From Raja brachyura (lineage: Eukaryota), in the NCBI GenBank assembly GCA_963514005.1, contig OY740792.1:61690001-61754000 (forward strand): a stretch of 64,000 bases of DNA. Direction: 5' to 3'. The notes below the pieces were generated by a model. That model was not told the origin of the DNA. It saw only the letters and a program-made list of their open reading frames with translations, and made no database searches. The position numbers and the translations under genes were made by a program. The stretch's first letter is position 1. Each line of letters opens with the position of its first letter. Below, one piece after another: positions 13,019 to 25,119 of the stretch.

Positions 13019-13690
13019 CATGCAGGTTCAGCAGGCAGTGAAGAAAGCTAATGGCATGTTGGCCTTCATAACGAAAGTTTAGGAGCAAAGAGTTTAGGAG
13101 CAAAGAAGTCCTTCTGCAGTTGTACAGGGCCCTGGTAAGACCACACCTGGAGTATTGTGTGCAGTTTTGGTCTCCTAATTTGAGGAAGGACATTCGTGCT
13201 GTTGAGGGATTGCAGCTTAGGTTCACAAGGTTAATTCCCGGGATGGCAGGACTGATATATGATGAAAGAATGGAGCGAGTGGGGTTGTATTCACTGGAAT
13301 TTACAAAGATGAGTGGGATTTTATAGTAACATATACGATTATTAAGGGATTGGACACGCTCGATGCAGGAAACATGTTCCCAATGTTTGGGGGAGTCCAG
13401 AACCAGTGACCACAGTTTAAGAATAAGGGGTAGGCCATTTGGAACAGAGATGAGGAAAAACGTTTTCACACAGAGAGTTGTAGATGTGTGGAATTCTCTT
13501 CGTCAGAAGGCAGTGGAGGCATTCAAAAGAGAGTTAGATAGCGCTCTTAGAGCTAGCGGAGTCAAGGTATATGGGGAGTAGGCAGGAACGGGGTACTTTG
13601 TGGATGATCAGCCATGATCACATTGAATGGCGGTGCTGGTTCGAAGGGCCGAATGGCCTACTCCTGCACCGATTGTCTATGTATCTATGT
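13019..13690 (+). mobile_element. CR1 3' fragment inserted in the CA array
   Basis: [24 protein letters not shown]; CR1 tail ending (ctatgtat)n. Confidence 0.85.
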
Positions 13691-13901
13691 ACAGGTATCT
13701 ATGTACACACACACCCACACGGCACACACCTACACATACTCATACTCACACCCACTCACGCCCACACCCACACTCACACCTATGCTCACACTCACATCCA
13801 GTCTCACACTCACACCCACACTCTTATCCACTCACACTCACAACCACACCCACCCCCACACACACTCACACCCCCACACACACTCACACACCCACACACA
13901 C

Positions 13902-15292
13902 CAGGTACGTGCCGTGAGTAACTACTCAGGGTAGGCACTCAGTCGGCTTTTAAAAAATTAACTACACATGCGCAGATTGTTCTCACCGTAAAAATAAAAA
14001 AATAAAATAAAAACAGTAACAATTCAATTTGCCCAAGGCTTCCAAGCCTCCTTCATTCTGAATTACTGAATGGGTGGGGGTGAAGGGTGATGGCAGATGG
14101 AGAGATGGTGGGAAAAATGGGATTACTGAATCAGTTGTCATCTTATTAAAAGACAACACTTGTTCAAGGGACCAATTGGGGGGACAGTTCCTTTCACAGC
14201 GTGTGTAGAGTCTGTGCCAGGGGTAAAGTTGTGGTGGGGGCACGAGTGTTGACATGGAGGGTGTCGGGGATACTGCCAGTAACTCACTCACTCACCGCTG
14301 CTGCAGCTCTCCGGGCGCGAAGCCACCGCACTATAGCTGGGGATAGAAGCAGCTCGGGGAGCTGCGAGCGGCCGCCGGGACCCGACAGTAGAACTGGCCA
14401 CCACTTCAGCGCCTTCTGCTGGCCCGCTCACCTCTGGCAGTGCTCTCCGTCTGAACACCTCTCACCTGCCGCTCGCCGACTTCGCTCATTTCAGCGGCTT
14501 CCTGCAAATCCTTAAATTCTCACAGCCGAGTAACCTCAATCGCGCTGTCGGAATTTAAGGACATTTGAGGCCAGCGAGCGGCAGGAGAGAGGTTTTTAGA
14601 TGGAGAGCTGCCTGAGGTGAGTGGGGACCGGCAGAAGGAGCTAAGGTGGCGGCCGGTTAAGCTGTCCGGCCCGGCGGCCACTCAGCCACCTGAGCTAGTT
14701 CTCCCCCCGCCCGCCTCAATGCGGTGGTATTGCACGCCTCCGTGCAAGGAGCATCGCAAGTGGCATTATCCTGATCCCCTCCTTCACCATTCGTGCCCTC
14801 CCCGCAACTTTACCCCGGGCCAGACTCCCCAAACGCTTGGAAAGGAGCTCTCCCCCCCACCTCCACACCCCGGGAAATACGGTATTTAAAACATCACCAA
14901 GAAATGTACTTACCACATCATTGGTACACAAGCTCCATTCTTCTCTCCCTGTTTCCTAACATACACTTAAAATAATGACAATCCATATTTGAAAACCCCG
15001 CAGTAGACTGATGCGCATGCGCAGTGCTGCAAAGGCAGAATTTCAGCTGCCTTCAGCCCCGATTGAAATTGACGCTTGAAGCAGCGCTGACGGCACGTGG
15101 GCTGCACAGAGCTTCCCGTGTTACAAGCGCTGCGGATGAAAGGCACGGAGAATTATGCCTACCTAAGAGATCGATCTCTTACATAGGCAGAATTCTCCCA
15201 TGCCTTTCCTATTTATATTTAGTAATTACTATGTTATAATTTTAGTCAGGGTAGGCAGTGCCTACCTTGCCTACCCTGACGGCACGTGCCTG
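13902..15292. mobile_element. Non-autonomous hAT-type transposon (1391 bp)
   Basis: TIR CAGG(T/C)ACGTGCCGT at both ends, subterminal CAGGGTAGGCA repeats, 8-bp flanking repeat ACACACAC (13894-13901, 15293-15300). Confidence 0.8.
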
Positions 15293-15340
15293 ACACACAC
15301 TCACACCCCCACACACACTCACACCCCCACACACACTCAC

Positions 15341-15467
15341 TGCCTGCCACTACTGCAGATTCCAACATGCCCACCAGTGTCCACACACGCAGTCCTATGA
15401 CCAGTGCCTCCTGCTGGCCGATGGGTGAAGCACTCTCCCTTGTATCTTTCCTCTTGCTGTGGTGCAT
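15341..15467 (-). CDS. HHLA2: Putative HHLA2-like leader (signal peptide) exon
   Basis: ATG at 15467; MHHSKRK...ALVIGLRVWTLVGMLESAVVAG, then A|gtgagt donor in phase 1, matching the IgV acceptor. The donor abuts a microsatellite, so chance is possible. Confidence 0.5.
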
Positions 15468-17274
15468 TTGCTATTCCCATCTCGATAAATACCTGGGTTT
15501 CCCAGTGAGCGCATCCTCAGCTGGGAATCGTTTCCAAAACCGTTGCACCACCATCGAGCCCCTCATAATGTAGATAGATATCTCAGTGCTTGGATATTAA
15601 TCGTCTTGGTATAATTTAGCTGGGAATAGAATCTTGGATATTTGGTCTTTAGTTAGTCTCAGCATTTATAATTGCTGCGGTTTCCAGCAGTGTGTTGAGA
15701 TTGATGCAGTTTGTCGACTGGCAATGTTGGGACCAGTGGATTATCGAGACTATTCTTTGCCTTTCAATCCAACCACATATTTTTCAAATTTTGTCGAGCT
15801 ATCTTATGTGCTTTAATATTCTTTAGATTATTAAATGTTCCCTTCAGACCGCACACAGCAGCTGATAACACCCATGTCATAGAGCATGGAAACAGGCCCT
15901 TCGGCCCAACTTGTTCATGCTGACCAAGATGCCCCAACTATGACCAGCCCACTCTACACTGTCCGGCCTTTGCACCTGTATATGGATTGCAAGGGGTGTG
16001 AGGGATATGGGCCAAATGCAGGCGAATGGGACTAGCCCAGTATGCCAACTGGGTCGGCATGGACACGGTGGGCCGAAGGGCCTGTTTCCGCGCTGTACGG
16101 CTCAGTGACTCTGTGGAAGAGCTTTCACTTCTCATGGGAATAGATGCTTGTGCGGTTTAATTTAGTTCATTGTCTTGTGTACCCAGGGAGAGTGAAAGCC
16201 GTTGTTGCGGGCCATCGTGTCAGTGGACAGACAACACATGGTTTGGTATCAGCTGCACTGACCCATCTCACTACAGCCCGGCCCAGGGTGAGGTTCTCAC
16301 ACCAGCCCTGCCTCAGAAGGTGCAGATCCAGAGCCCGCAACATTATGGGGGACCCCTGCCACCCCAGCAACGGACTGTTCCAGCTGCTACAGTCAGGCAA
16401 ACGCCTCCGCTGTCACGCTGTGAAACACAGAGAGGATGAGACAGAGTTTCTTCCCACAGGCTATTAGGACTGTAAACTCTTATCTCACCAGGGACTAACG
16501 TACCGTACCAAACTACCGTTGTGTGGTGTCTTTTTTAAATTGCCGGGGCGTTATTCTCACCAATATGTAATTACTGATTCTGTTCCATTCTGTGCTGTGT
16601 TTTTTGCACAATCCGCAGGCGTTGCCACTTTTCATTTCACTGCACATCTCGTAAGCGTATGTGACAAATAAACCAGCCCTGCCTCCCCCATTATCAGTCT
16701 GTGTCCCAGACAGAGAGATGAACAGATGTCCGCTCTCCTTCCTCTGTTCCCCTGACCTGGATTAAGAGACAGATAGCTGAAAGCAGGTCAGATATGGGAC
16801 TGTTGATAGTAAGTCAGTGTCTGGTCTGAACAGCCCGGTGGAACCAGTTTCCTGTCACCACTGGAAAGGGTTTGTGTTTCAACCAACGGCTTTGAAACAA
16901 GTAACAAGAAAATATTTAAACAGTAGGGGGCATCTGGCGTGAATCTGGATGGAGGTTGAGGGAAGGTTCCAGTGTGGGACAGTCCCTACAACTCTGGTGC
17001 AGTGAAAAGCTCTTTGTTGCGTGCTATCCAGACAGCGGAAAGACTAGACATGATTAGAGTCTAGCCGTCCACAGTGTACAAATACAGGATTCAGCGAATA
17101 ATGTTTAATGCCAGGTAAAGTCCAGTAAAATCAGATTTAAAATAGTCCGCGGGTCTCTATTGAGGTAGATGGAAGGTCAGGACTGCTCTCTAGTTGGTGA
17201 GAAGATGATTCAGTTGCCTGTTCATGGCTTGGAAGAAACTGTCCCTGAATCTGGAGGTGAGAGTTTTCACACTT

Positions 17275-17442
17275 NNNNNNNNNNNNNNNNNNNNNNNNNN
17301 NNNNNNNNNNNNNNNNNNNNNNNNNNNNNNNNNNNNNNNNNNNNNNNNNNNNNNNNNNNNNNNNNNNNNNNNNNNNNNNNNNNNNNNNNNNNNNNNNNNN
17401 NNNNNNNNNNNNNNNNNNNNNNNNNNNNNNNNNNNNNNNNNN
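17275..17442. other. Assembly gap (168 N)
   Basis: Run of N. Confidence 1.
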
Positions 17443-17602
17443 ACTCTTGCACACGCACACACATGCACACACCCATACATGCACACACTTGTACATGCAC
17501 ACGCACGCGCACATGCACACACATGCACACACATGCACACACATGCACATACCCATACGTGCACACACACTTGCACACACACATGCACACGTACACACAG
17601 AC

Positions 17603-18645
17603 TAGCAATGTTACAACATTTTGAGATTTAAAAAATCAAGTCTGCAATTTATCCCATCAGATAAAGCATAAAAATAAGTTTAATTTGACACCTAATTCAC
17701 TTTCATATCTTCAGTATTAAAAAAGTTATGGCTATTTTTATACTCGGAAATTAGCATCTTGTTCCCTATTCCTTTTCCATTGACTTAAATCAAAAGCTGT
17801 GATCGAGGACAGTCAAAAGCCCATAACTTTCTTAAAAATTAAGAGAACTGAAATAAATGTTCAGTTATTATAAATCGAAGTATTCTGAAACAAATATGAA
17901 ACAATCTTACTTGGATGACCTGAAATTAAAGCATATAATTAGTTAGTTACCCAATTGTAGCTAATTACAAAATTCAATTACTAGATCTAAACATCTATCC
18001 ATTTCTTAAGAAAAGATTAACATTTTTAAATAGCCTAAGTGTCCAAATAACATTCACACAAGAATTCACAACATAACATGATTTTTAAATCTCATTATCA
18101 TCAATTTATAGGCCAAATGGAAGGAATTTAGTGTTTAATTCCTGTAAATTAATGGTCTTTTTAATCATCTTGCGAGTGGGATTTTATGGAACGCGATCGA
18201 TTGGAATGTTGTGGTTGCGGTGAATTTAAACCCTATATCGGCAGGAAAAGTACTGCCGGTTGGTATCTTTTCTAGTCACCTTTTCGCAATATGTAATTTT
18301 GATTAAAGGCTTTCTAAGATGCAAGTTTATATGAAAAAATAAACGGTGGACCTTGCCTTGTCCCCTACGTGAGATCCGTCCCGTTGTCGGCGTTCACGGC
18401 TTTCCAAGATGATTTTTAATTTACTCCTGCTAATACATTATCCAGCGTAGTTTAAAAATAACTTCATAAAACAAATGTCGGAGCGATTTCTCTTCAGCAA
18501 CTAAACACCCTGAGAAAAATCGATTTGAATAGTCTGGAGAAAACCGCATTTTAAACCCGCCCCCCCTCTCAAAGGCGCCAAAGTCGCGCACACGGGCAGT
18601 GGCAGAACTGCAGCGCCGCTGAAGGTACGTTTTGTAACATGCCTA
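17603..18645. mobile_element. Non-coding TIR DNA element (MITE-like, ~1.04 kb), superfamily unassigned
   Basis: TAGCAATGTTACAA vs reverse complement TAGGCATGTTACAA (12/14); flanking direct repeat CACAGAC (17596-17602, 18646-18652). Confidence 0.65.
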
Positions 18646-18749
18646 CACAGACCAGGAGCTCTTGCCTATTGCCTCCCTCTATGCTTCTTGCATCCCTCCC
18701 GCCTACCATCACACTCCCAGCTACACTCCATCTCTATCTCCAGCTCTGC

Positions 18750-19095
18750 ACCCACCTGTCCCACCTGTCCCACCTGTCCCACCTGTCCCACCTGCCCCAC
18801 CTGTCCCACCTGCCCCACCTGCCCCACTTACCCCACTTACCCCACCTGTCCCACCTGTCCCACCTGCCCCACTTACCCCACTTACCCCACCTGTCCCACC
18901 TGTCCCACCTGCCCCACTTACCCCACTTACCCCACCTGTCCCACCTGTCCCACCTATCCCACCTGTCCCACCTGCCCCACCTGTCCCACCTGCCCCACTT
19001 ACCCCACTTACCCCACCTGTCCCACCTGTCCCACCTGTCCCACCTGCCCCACTTACCCCACCTGTCCCACCTACCCCACCTCCACCTGACCCACC
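18750..19095. repeat. 9-bp minisatellite (CCACCTGTC / CCACCTGCC / CCACTTACC)
   Basis: Directly visible tandem array. Confidence 0.95.
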
Positions 19096-19199
19096 TCCAC
19101 CGGACCAGGACCATCTCCACCTGTCCGGGTGATAGTGTGGTCACCTGTGGACATAGATCCCTCCCTCCTCTCCACACTTAGACAATCCCTGGACATCCA

Positions 19200-20360
19200 C
19201 AGAACATGGAACAGTACAGCACAGGAACAGGCCCTTCAGCCCACCGTGTCTGTGCTGACCCTAATGTCAGTCTAATGAATCCCATCTTCCCGCATGTGAC
19301 CCATACTCCTCCATTCCCTGCATATCCATGTCGATCCAAAAACCTCTTAAACGCCAGTATCGTGTCTGCCTCCACCACCACCCCCCTGATAGTGTGTTCC
19401 AGACACTCACCACCCTGTATGTCAAATAAACCTGCCCTGAAACCCATCCCTCTCACCTTCAAGCAGTTCCCTCTAGTATTTGGCGTTCGCACCCTTGGAA
19501 ACAGACTCTGGCTGTCTACGTATCGACACCTCTCAGAATGTTATAAACTTCCATCAGGTGGTCCCTCCGTGTCTGACACTCCAGAGAAAACAATCCACCT
19601 TTGTCCATACATGGTCTTGTACACCTCAATAAGGTCACCTACGCTCCAAAAACAGAAGTCCCAGACAGTCCAACCTCTCCCTTTACTGAACCCCGCAAGC
19701 CCAGGTAACATCCTGGTTAATCTCTTCTGCACCCTTACTGCTTACAGATACCGTTCGTTTTGCAGAGTGACCAGAACTGCACACAGTACTGCAAGTGTGG
19801 TCTCACCGATGTACAGCAGCATCACGATGTCTGAATGCTGGCACTCAGCACCATTGCCAATGGAGGCAAGTTTGCCAAAGGCCCTCTTCACCACCCTGTC
19901 CACCTGACTCGACACTTTCAGGGAACCATCCTCCTATAGGTCGTAAGTCATAAATGATAGGAGCAGAATTAGGCCATTCAGCCCATCAAGTCTAGTCTGC
20001 CTTTCAATCTTGGCTGATCTATCTCTCCCTCCTAACCCCATTCTCCTGCCTTCTCCTCATAACCCCTAACATCCGTACTAATCAAGAATCTATCTATCTC
20101 TGCCTTAAAAATATCTACTGGCTTGGCCTCTGCAGCCTTCTGTGGCAAAGAATTCAACAGATTCACCACCCTCTGACTAAAGAAATTTCTCCTCATCTTC
20201 CTAAAATAACGTCCTTTAATTCTAAGGCTATGGCCTCTCGTCCAAGACTCTCCCACTAATGGAAACATCCTCTCCACATCCACTATCTAAGCCTTTCATT
20301 ATTCTGTACGTTTCAATGAGGTCCCCCCTTATTCTAAACTCCAGTGAGTACAGGCCCAGA
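19200..20360 (-). mobile_element. Two degenerate CR1 3' fragments
   Basis: DLIEVYK, FFSQRVVNLLNSLPQKA, CR1 tails. Confidence 0.75.
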
Positions 20361-20550
20361 ACTCATCATATGTCTGCCCAGATCTCTCTGTTCCACACAC
20401 CCCAGGGCTCTACATTCGCTGCTGTAGATCCTCTGATGTTTGGTGTCTCCCAGTGATCCCAAAATGTTGCCTCCACCAACGTGTACATGAGGTCCCTCCA
20501 TTCTGACGCTTTATAAGCTCCTACCCAAAGAAACTGGTTGGATGCCACAA

Positions 20551-20725
20551 TTCAATGGTCAATGGTCCATCAATGGTCAATGAATGGTCAATGGTCATTG
20601 GTCCATCAATGGTCAATGAATGGTCAATGGTCATTGGTCCATCAATGGTCAATGAATGGTCAATGGTCATTGGTCCATCAATGGTCAATGAATGGTCAAT
20701 GGTCATTGGTCCATCAATGGCCATT
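20551..20725. repeat. 36-bp tandem repeat built from a TCAATGG core (about 4.5 units)
   Basis: tcaatggtcaatgaatggtcaatggtcattggtcca repeated. Confidence 0.9.
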
Positions 20726-20779
20726 GGTTTCTTTATTGTCACGTGTGCCAGGTTCAGTGAAAGACATTTTTTGCAGACA

Positions 20780-21575
20780 GAGAAATGTGAGGTGTTGCAT
20801 TGTGGGAAGTCTAACACGGGCAGGACCTACACGGTGAATGGTAGGGCTTTGCGGAGTGTTGTAGAGCAGAGGGATCTAGGAGTACAGGTACATGGTTCCT
20901 TGAAGGTGGAGTCGCAGGTAGATCAGGTGATCCATTTGGCCATTTGGCACATTGGCCTTCATCAGTCAGGGTATTGAGTATAGAAGTTGAGAGGTCATGT
21001 TGCAGTTGTATAAGACGTTGGTGCGACCGCATTTAGAATATTGTGTTCAGTTCTGGGCACCATGTTATAGGAAAGATGTAGTCAAGCTGGAAAGGGTACA
21101 GAGAAGATTTACGAAGATTTTGCCAGGACTAGAGTGTGTGAGCTATAGGGAGAGGTTGAGGAGGCTGGGTTCTATTCCTTGAAGTGCAGGAGAACGAGGG
21201 GTGATCTTATAGAGGTGTACAAAATCATGAGAGGAATAGATTGGGTAGATAAACAGAGTTTCTTGCCCAGAGTAGGGGAATCAAGGACCAGAGGACATAG
21301 GTTCAAGGTGAAGGGGAAAAGATTTAATAGGAATCTGAGGGATAACGTAATCACACAAAGAGTGGCGGGTGTATGGAACAAGCTGCCAGAGGAGGTAGTT
21401 GAGGCAGGGACCAACCCCCCGTTTACGAAATAGTTGGACAGGTACATGGATAGGACAAGTTTAGAGGGATATGGGCCAAACATGGGCCGGTGGGGCTAGT
21501 ATTGTTGGCCGGTGTGGGCGATGTTGGGCCGAAGGGCCTTTTTCCACTCGTTATTGCTCTATGACTCTATGTCTC
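20780..21575 (+). mobile_element. CR1 3' fragment
   Basis: [52 protein letters not shown]. Confidence 0.85.
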
Positions 21576-21842
21576 TATGATTAAGAGGGAGCGGCCAGGG
21601 TGCGACTCGTCTTTGATGATGCTGCTGGCCTTGCTGACGCAGCGTGAGGTATAAATGGAGTTAATAGAAGGGAGGTTGGTTTGTGCCATGGTCTGGGCGG
21701 CGTCCACAATTCGCGCTTCTCCTGAATGCTTTTCACAAAAGCAGGGGGTCATTCAGGATAGACACAAAGTGCTGGAGTAACTCAACGGGTCAGGCGGCAT
21801 CTCTGGAGAACATGGATAGGCAACCTTCCATCTCTTCTCTTC

Positions 21843-22262
21843 ATAACCATATAACCATATAACAATTACAGCACGGAAACAGGCCTTCTCGGCCCTTCCA
21901 GTCCGTGCCGACCATTTAATTTCCCCTAGTCCCATCTACCTGCACTCAGACCATACCCCTCCATTCCCTTCCCGTCCATATACCTATCCACTTTACTTTT
22001 AAATGTTACAATCGATCCTGCCTCCACCACTTCTGCTGGAAGATCATTCCACACAGCCACCACTCTCTGAGTAAAGAAGTTCCCCCTCATCTTGCCCCTA
22101 AACTTCTTTCCTTAATTCTCATGCATGCCCTCTTGTTTGAATCTTCCCTACCCTCAATGGGAAAAGCTTATTCACGTCAACTCTGTCTATCCCTTTCATC
22201 ATTTTAAAGACCTCAATCAAGTCCCCCCTTAACCTTCTGCGCTCCGGAATAAAGACCCAACT
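21843..22262 (-). mobile_element. CR1 3' end, (atatggtt)n-tailed subfamily
   Basis: Same subfamily as the copies at 50415-51160 and 54265-55010. Confidence 0.8.
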
Positions 22263-22424
22263 TCATGACCCACCTCTCCTTCATGACCCACCTCTTCTCT
22301 TCAGGTCATTCAGGAGATTATTCCTGTCTTGGCAATGACTTCCCTCTCAGTGAAGAAGGGGTCTCCTCTAGGTTCCACACAAAACCGTGTTTTCTGGCAA
22401 TGAAGCGATATAATATAATATAGA

Positions 22425-22895
22425 CCAGCGATCCCCGCACATTAACACTATCCTACACACATTAGAGACAATTTACAATTATATAAAGCCAATTAACCTA
22501 CAAATCTGTACGTCTTTGGAGTGTGGCAGGAAACCCACGCAAGTCACGGGGAGAACGTACAAACTCCTTGTAGACGGCATCCGTTGTCGGAATCGAACCC
22601 AGGTCTCTGGAGCTGTAAGCGATGTAAGGCGGCAACTCTACCGCTGCACTACCGTGCCACCCAATGTCTATATGTAGTTTTTACGTTCTCCACGTGACCT
22701 GCGTGGGTTTTCCACGGGTGCTCCGGTTTCCTCCCACATTCCAAAACCCTACATGTTAGAAGGTTAATTGGCTTCGGTAATATTGTAAATTGTTCCTAAT
22801 GTGTGTAGGATAGTGTTAATGTGCAGGGATCGCTGGTTGGCACGGACTCGGTGGGCCGAAAGGCCTGTTTCCGCACTGTATCTCGAAACTAAGCT
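22425..22895. mobile_element. Two HE1-like SINEs back to back in opposite orientation
   Basis: Minus copy ~22425-22645; plus copy (head missing) ~22675-22895. Confidence 0.75.
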
Positions 22896-25119
22896 AAAAG
22901 ATCAGCAAGACTTTCACACATAGTTTTACAGACAGAGAACACTCGTGAACATTTTAAATATATTATCACACTTAGTCATCCATCTGACCTACTTTCCAGC
23001 AATCTCAAAATCTGCCCAGTGATGCTTTCTGCAAGACATCGTGCTGAGGATTTCAGATAAACAAAGGCATGATTTAATCTGCTTCCAACCACTTAACCCC
23101 TTCACATTTCCATTCCCATCCTTACTTTTCTGTCGGGGACCTCCACCATTGCTAGGGTGAGGTCATCTGGACTCGTATTTTGCTTGGGCAGCTTACAACC
23201 CAGTGGTATGATGATTGAAACTTAGATATTTTTGCAATGGTCTGAGTGAAATCCTGGAGGCAGGAAGTCATGTTCTGTGTCGTCACAAGTGCACGACCTT
23301 CACTGCAACCCCCCCACCCAACACACTCTCAAACCAAAAACCCTACCAGCTCACATGTATGCGTTTATGCAAGTTGCAAACTCTCTTCGGAACCAGACCT
23401 TCAACGAGATTGAAGGAATCTTTAGAATAACGAGCAGTTGCTCATGAGACATACGTGTCTGCCCGAGCATCGATACGACGACTGGTCCTGGGGTTTCCAC
23501 TCGTAGGTAAGAGGAGATGAGTTTATTTCTTCGGTCACCTCTCGTCCTCATCCACATGAGAGACGTAACGATGGGGAAACTAATAAGAGCACAAGTGATG
23601 TAGCTCACACCAGACTAAATGAGAGATCTTCAAACAAGTCGTAGCTACCTCTTACGGACATATTTGGAACGGGGTCTTGAGGTTTCTGACAGTGTGGAGA
23701 GGGAGTTTTTTTAAATATCTTATGCATTATTTATTATTTAGTAGGTCCATGTATCATAATGTCATTGATGTGAAATTTAAATATTCTGCACAATTCGAAC
23801 ACATTCAGACTGTACATATTGGGTGATGTTTATCACAGATTTCAATGTTAACAGACGTCTGTCTGGTGGGTGCTTTCATGCTTTCCCTTTCTCCTTTACT
23901 TCCGCAATCATTCCATGATTGTGTTTCATTAGACGTTCCCTGGCACTAGCATGGAGCCCATGGAGAGGGAACTCGGGGTGTAGATGTAGAGGGAGCTCTG
24001 TGCAAGTTCCTGACAACTGCGAGGGTTGGACTGGGCAGTGAAGGTGATGAGCTGGATGTCTTCAGGGCAGGCAGTGGAGTTTAGGAGTCGGGATCTAATG
24101 TTCCGGCTGTACGAGGCGCTGGTGAGGCCACACTGAGCCACTCTAGGCTCAGTAAAAGAGAACATGGGGGCAGCGTGTGAATGGGATGGAGAGGGCAGCT
24201 TCAGGCTCCTTGCTGACCTTTGATGGAGCAGGTTAGTTACAGGTGACAGGTCGCCGGTGATGCTGAGTGGGTACAGATCCCAGCGAGCGGGTGGACAGAA
24301 TGTCCTCACTCACACCGCCCGTCTCCGCCGGCCTGTGTCCCTAACGCTCGCTCCATCATCCCTGCTGCTGACTGACACGCCACCTCCGGTTTTACTGCCC
24401 ACCGCTCTCAAAGAAATACAAATCAGATGTTTTAAAATCTTTACAGTTAAAACAGTTATGTATAGAGTCACAGAGTCACAGTCAGAGTGGAAACAGGCCC
24501 TTCGGCCCAACTTGCCCGCACCGCCCAAAAAGTCCCCATTACTCTAGTCCCACCTGCCTGCGTTTGGCCCATACCCCTCTAAACCTTTCCTATCTATATC
24601 CCTGTCGTCTAAATGTCGTTTAAATATTGTTATAGTCCCAGCCTCAACTACGTCCTCTAGCAGCCCATTCCATACACCCGCCACCCTCTGTGTGAAAAGG
24701 TTATCCCTCAGGTTCCTATTAATCCTTCCTCTGCACCCCCCCCCCCCCCCCCCTTAAACCTACGTTGATGGAGGAACTGATACACGTTGCTTCTAATACA
24801 GCGCTGCTCCCTTCACACGTGAAGCAGTGCGACCTTCTGCGTCAGGATGGTATGAACGGGCAGCTTTCCTGATGTTCACTTTGTTCATGGGAGTTTGAGG
24901 AATTATTGACTCGGAAGAGGTGATGTGGTGAAAGGTCACTGGCTGTGATGGAAATGAGTTTTAGGAACTTGGAGTACGCTAAGGTCTGTGAGGTTGAAGT
25001 TGGGAGGGACGGGGGGGGGGGGGTAGACGCTATAAGCCTCCCATGAGAATTTTTTTGTAATATGGTAAATTTCAGGGCAATTTTGAGCATATATGCATAG
25101 GGTATGATGATTACAGACA

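Noticed and set aside
12346-13934. His/Thr-rich ORFs up to 231 aa
   Set aside because: Translations of CA/CACT microsatellite, open in several frames.
18639-19181. Pro-rich, CPT-repeat and WDR-repeat ORFs
   Set aside because: Artefacts of a stop-free 9-bp minisatellite.
20551-20725. 36-bp repeats resembling CRISPR repeat length
   Set aside because: Contiguous tandem units without spacers; probably an expanded LINE-tail heptamer.
24308-24390. Possible first exon of HHLA2 (GC-rich, ATGATG, T|gtgagt donor on the minus strand at 24314)
   Set aside because: No signal-peptide character and no phase-compatible acceptor on the leader exon; cannot be supported without transcripts.
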